From positions 167,772,001 through 167,836,000 of the forward strand of contig NC_042997.1 in the NCBI RefSeq assembly GCF_006345805.1: a stretch of 64,000 nt of DNA, read 5' to 3'. The translations under genes were made by a program, and so were the position numbers. The stretch comes from Octopus sinensis (taxonomy: Eukaryota). Positions 25,831 to 64,000 of the stretch are shown here, piece by piece (positions within the stretch are counted from its first letter, which is position 1; every line of letters starts with the position of its first letter). Under the pieces are notes generated by a model that searched no databases, had not been told where the DNA came from, and saw only the letters and a list, made by a program, of their open reading frames with translations.

Positions 25831-26452
25831 TAAGTCCTGATTCATTGAAATAATAAACCTTCTATTTTGCAAGACATAGAGAGGGACGTTTGTGAATAAC
25901 CTTCCAGTGAAGCAGATGCTAAACTAGAACAGTTCAGAACTAATTTTCGATCATAACCAAGCTATATGAGGGGCTGTATGACGGGTTATGGAAACCGTCA
26001 ACATTCATGACAAATAAGATAATGACAAGCCAAGAAGGCGGTTTCGATTTTTGGTTAAAGTCACATTAGTTTCAGTGTTAATAACGTTGAAAATAGCACT
26101 TTCGAAGTCGATCTCTTAAAATCTATCGGTTTCTGCTTAAACAAAGACTAAATATTTATGACTCAGCTAATAAATGGTATAAAGTTTAAGACGTGGCCAT
26201 GTCACATGATGACATTTTTTCCTGTTCGATAATGTCTTGGGATGGAACATCTTAGACAAATGGGTTCTTGTTCAAGAAAACGATACAATACTTGGTTGCA
26301 GTGTATGTCTAACCAGTTTGATTTAGTAGACCTATGATCAATAACATTCCACCTGTGATCATCCCACGTTTTTTTTTTTTTCGAACGCAGTGCATTCAGA
26401 ACTGCAGTTAAGATTGTAAGTATTTGAGAAAGATTAGCTGCTATATTGTATA

Positions 26453-26877
26453 TATTCCTTTATTGCCCACAAGAGGCTAAACATAGAGGGGACAAACAAG
26501 GACAGACAAACGGATTAAGTCGATTACATCGACCCCAGTGCGTAACTGGTACTTTATTTATCGACCCCGAAAGGGTGAAAGTCAAAGTCAACATCGGCGG
26601 AATTTGAACTCAGAACGTAGCGGCAGACGAAATACCTATTTCTATTTCTTTACTACCCACAAGAGGCTAAACACAGAGAGGACAAACAAGGATAGACAAA
26701 CGGATTAAGTCAATTATTAAGTCGATCCCAGTGTGTAACTGGTACTTAATTTATCGACCCCGAAAGGATGAAAGGCAAAGTCGACCTCGACGGAATTTGA
26801 ACTCAGAACGTAACGGCAGACGAAATATCGCTAAGCATTTCGCCCGGCGTGCTAACGTTTCTGCCAGCTCACCGCCT
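26453..26877 (-). mobile_element. SINE family A dimer
   Basis: 19-bp TSD ttagctgctatattgtata. Confidence 0.92.
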
Positions 26878-27865
26878 TTAGCTGCTATATTGTATAGACA
26901 CCCTAACTGACTTGTGGGCTGTACGCTTTTAGAGTGATTTGCTTTGTGCATTTTCTTTGCTTTCTTTATAGGTATATATATGCTATATATTTTAGCGGAA
27001 CCAAAATGGTTTATTAATAATTCCATACCTCACTAATGGGTATAAGTGGCAGAAGTGAAGAGTATGGCTTCGAAGCCACATTACAGATTCCGTCTTGTCA
27101 AGCTTTTCTTTCATACAGTGTTTGTTGCATTGCATAACATATCAGTTTCTTTTGACTGCCTGGATACAAAAAAACTCCTATATTTTTTATGCAAAGGATA
27201 GCGATTGCCATGTTTAAGCCTTTCTCAAGAGATTAATAGGTAAATGAAAATAAAACTGCATCAGCCGAAAAAGATCGGAACCAAGTCGTGATCTCGTCTC
27301 ACCCGAATCTCACCTCTAGTTCACCATTACAGTACATATTGAGACAACGAACTTATTAAACATCGTAATTATAATAACAATTGTGCGCCAAGGCATATAT
27401 GTGTGACGGAATAAAATTTGTTGGTAATCGCCCTCCTTAAGTTAGACCAAATTCATTTAGTCATAATTAGATATCGAGACCAAAGTAGAACTTCAGTAAC
27501 ATTGAACCAAGGACTTGAAGAAATATCAATGTAACGTTCTTTCAACGGCAATTTAAACTTTCACTTGTATTTCAAATTTCAAGATTAAAACTTCTTCTCA
27601 AGAGTAAGTAGACATTGTTTGTCATATGTGTAAAACATAGCTGTTCGGCACCACCATTTTCTCTTGATAAAGGGATTATAACTCCGAAATACTGAAATAT
27701 AAGGTAAAAGTGTAAGCTATTCTTTTGTTTGTTCTGTCCCTATTTTCACGCCTTTGCTTCTAATGTGCATTGCACGCCTTTCTAAATCAATTTTAACAAT
27801 TTTAATTCTGTCTCACAATATTATATAAAATCTACGCTACTCTAATATCACTGTTTTCCCACTAG

Positions 27866-62600
<34,735 letters not shown>

Positions 62601-62638
62601 GTAGGAAGTTTTGAAATTCATGCATTTCATTTACAAAT

Positions 62639-62947
62639 ATCATCGTTTAACGTCCGTTTTCCATGCTAGCATCGGTTGGACGGTTCGACCGGGGTCTGGG
62701 GAGCCAAGAGGCTGCACCAGGCTCCAGTCTGATCTGGCAGTGTTTCTACAGCTGGATGCCCTTCCTAACGCCAACCACTCCGTGAGTGTAGTGGGTGCTT
62801 TTTATGTGCCAGCGGCACAGGTGCCAGGGGAGGCTGGCGACGGCCACGATCGGTTGGTGCTTTTTACGTGCCACCGGCACAGAAGCTAGTCAAGGGGCGC
62901 TGGCATCGGCCACGTTTGGATGGTGCTTTTTACGTGCCACCGGCACT
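62639..62947 (-). mobile_element. V-domain-like SINE/LINE-tail element
   Basis: Homologous to 58596-58925. Confidence 0.7.
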
Positions 62948-64000
62948 TTGGTACTAGGTCAGCAATTTTGCGAGGACAATTTGTCAATTGCATTGATTCC
63001 AGTGCTTCACTGGTGCTTATTTAGTCAATCCTGAAAGGATGAAAGGCAAAGTCGACCTTGGTATTATTTGAACTCCAAATATAAAGAGCTAGAGGAAATA
63101 CTACTGCTATGTATTTTGTCCCATGTGGTAATGATCTGACAGTTCACTACCCTATTCACAAATAATATCAAGTGTTGTATCATAAGACTGACTGACAGAA
63201 GGAGATAAGTTTCTGTGAATTGAATCCATGAACTGGTTTCAAATTGGGGTCCTTTACATTTTCAGTTTACAAACATCACAGAAGCCTAAGATGTCATGTC
63301 TGCATTTCTTTTCTTCACCTGCTCAGTTTCTAATGTTTTTTTAGAGTGGCGACTACTGCACTCTCTCATCATCATAAACAGGTTGTGAGAGAAAGAGATG
63401 AAAGAAAGAATAACATAAGCAAACTTCAAAATAATGTAATGAACAGATATTCCCTTATGTAGATGTATGCATGTAGGTAAACCACTTGGCTAAGATAACC
63501 ACTAAATATTATGAATCCATTTAGTGTATTCAATTTGGCTAAAGCCATCTCATTCTCCTCTCCATGGATTTGAACTCAGTACTGAAAGCTAAGAAACTTC
63601 TTAATTTTACAGTGCTACCAATGTTTACTGTACTAAAATATACTACCTTCAAGTACAGACAAACTGATGAGCTGGATCTTTGTAAAGTGAAGTATCTTCA
63701 TCCTGAACTCAGTGAACTCCAGTTATAGGATTTGAACCATTTCCTCTCCACCTTGTAGTCCGTCAAACTATGCCTCAACCAGTTATGTATTGGTCAACTG
63801 TTCATGCTATGAACAGTTGGTCAATACTTTAGCCGTCTTGTAATTTCATTTTATATAAATATTGAGGTTTAGTCGATATTGTTGGTACTTTTCACTCATG
63901 CTACTTTCATAATCATAACTATTAGAACTGGTAATTTAAAAAAAAATAAGGAAAAGGAAGGTTCACTTATATCTTTTTCTTTTTTTACTTTCTGCATTGC

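Overview
AT-rich, microsatellite- and SINE-dense eukaryotic genomic DNA. The repeat families and the (TATG)n/(TCTA)n/(TA)n/(AAT)n load point to an Octopus-like cephalopod (inference). The only host gene I can support is the 5' part of an axonemal inner-arm dynein heavy chain (DNAH3-like, DNAH3/7/12 group) on the + strand. I reconstructed 15 GT-AG exons from 27866 to 62600 with matching phases at every junction (2409 nt, 803 codons, no stops); the gene runs off the right edge before the motor domain. A candidate start-codon exon (17482-17599) and a candidate RFX/FOX promoter (~15.1-15.35 kb) lie upstream. The rest is mobile DNA: several tRNA-derived SINE families, three solo LTRs with 4-bp TSDs, mariner and hAT remnants, CR1, RTE and R4/Dong LINE fragments, and non-autonomous Helitrons. 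Most notable: (i) seven hammerhead-ribozyme-like motifs from several unrelated repeat families, three of them in one 1.7-kb dynein intron; (ii) a SINE family that inserts at a fixed GGTATTTC site inside its own relatives, giving head+body+body multimers; (iii) an inverted Helitron pair forming a ~390-bp intronic stem, one copy flanked by an atypical 44-bp direct duplication. All protein-family and repeat-family assignments are from memory and were not database-checked.
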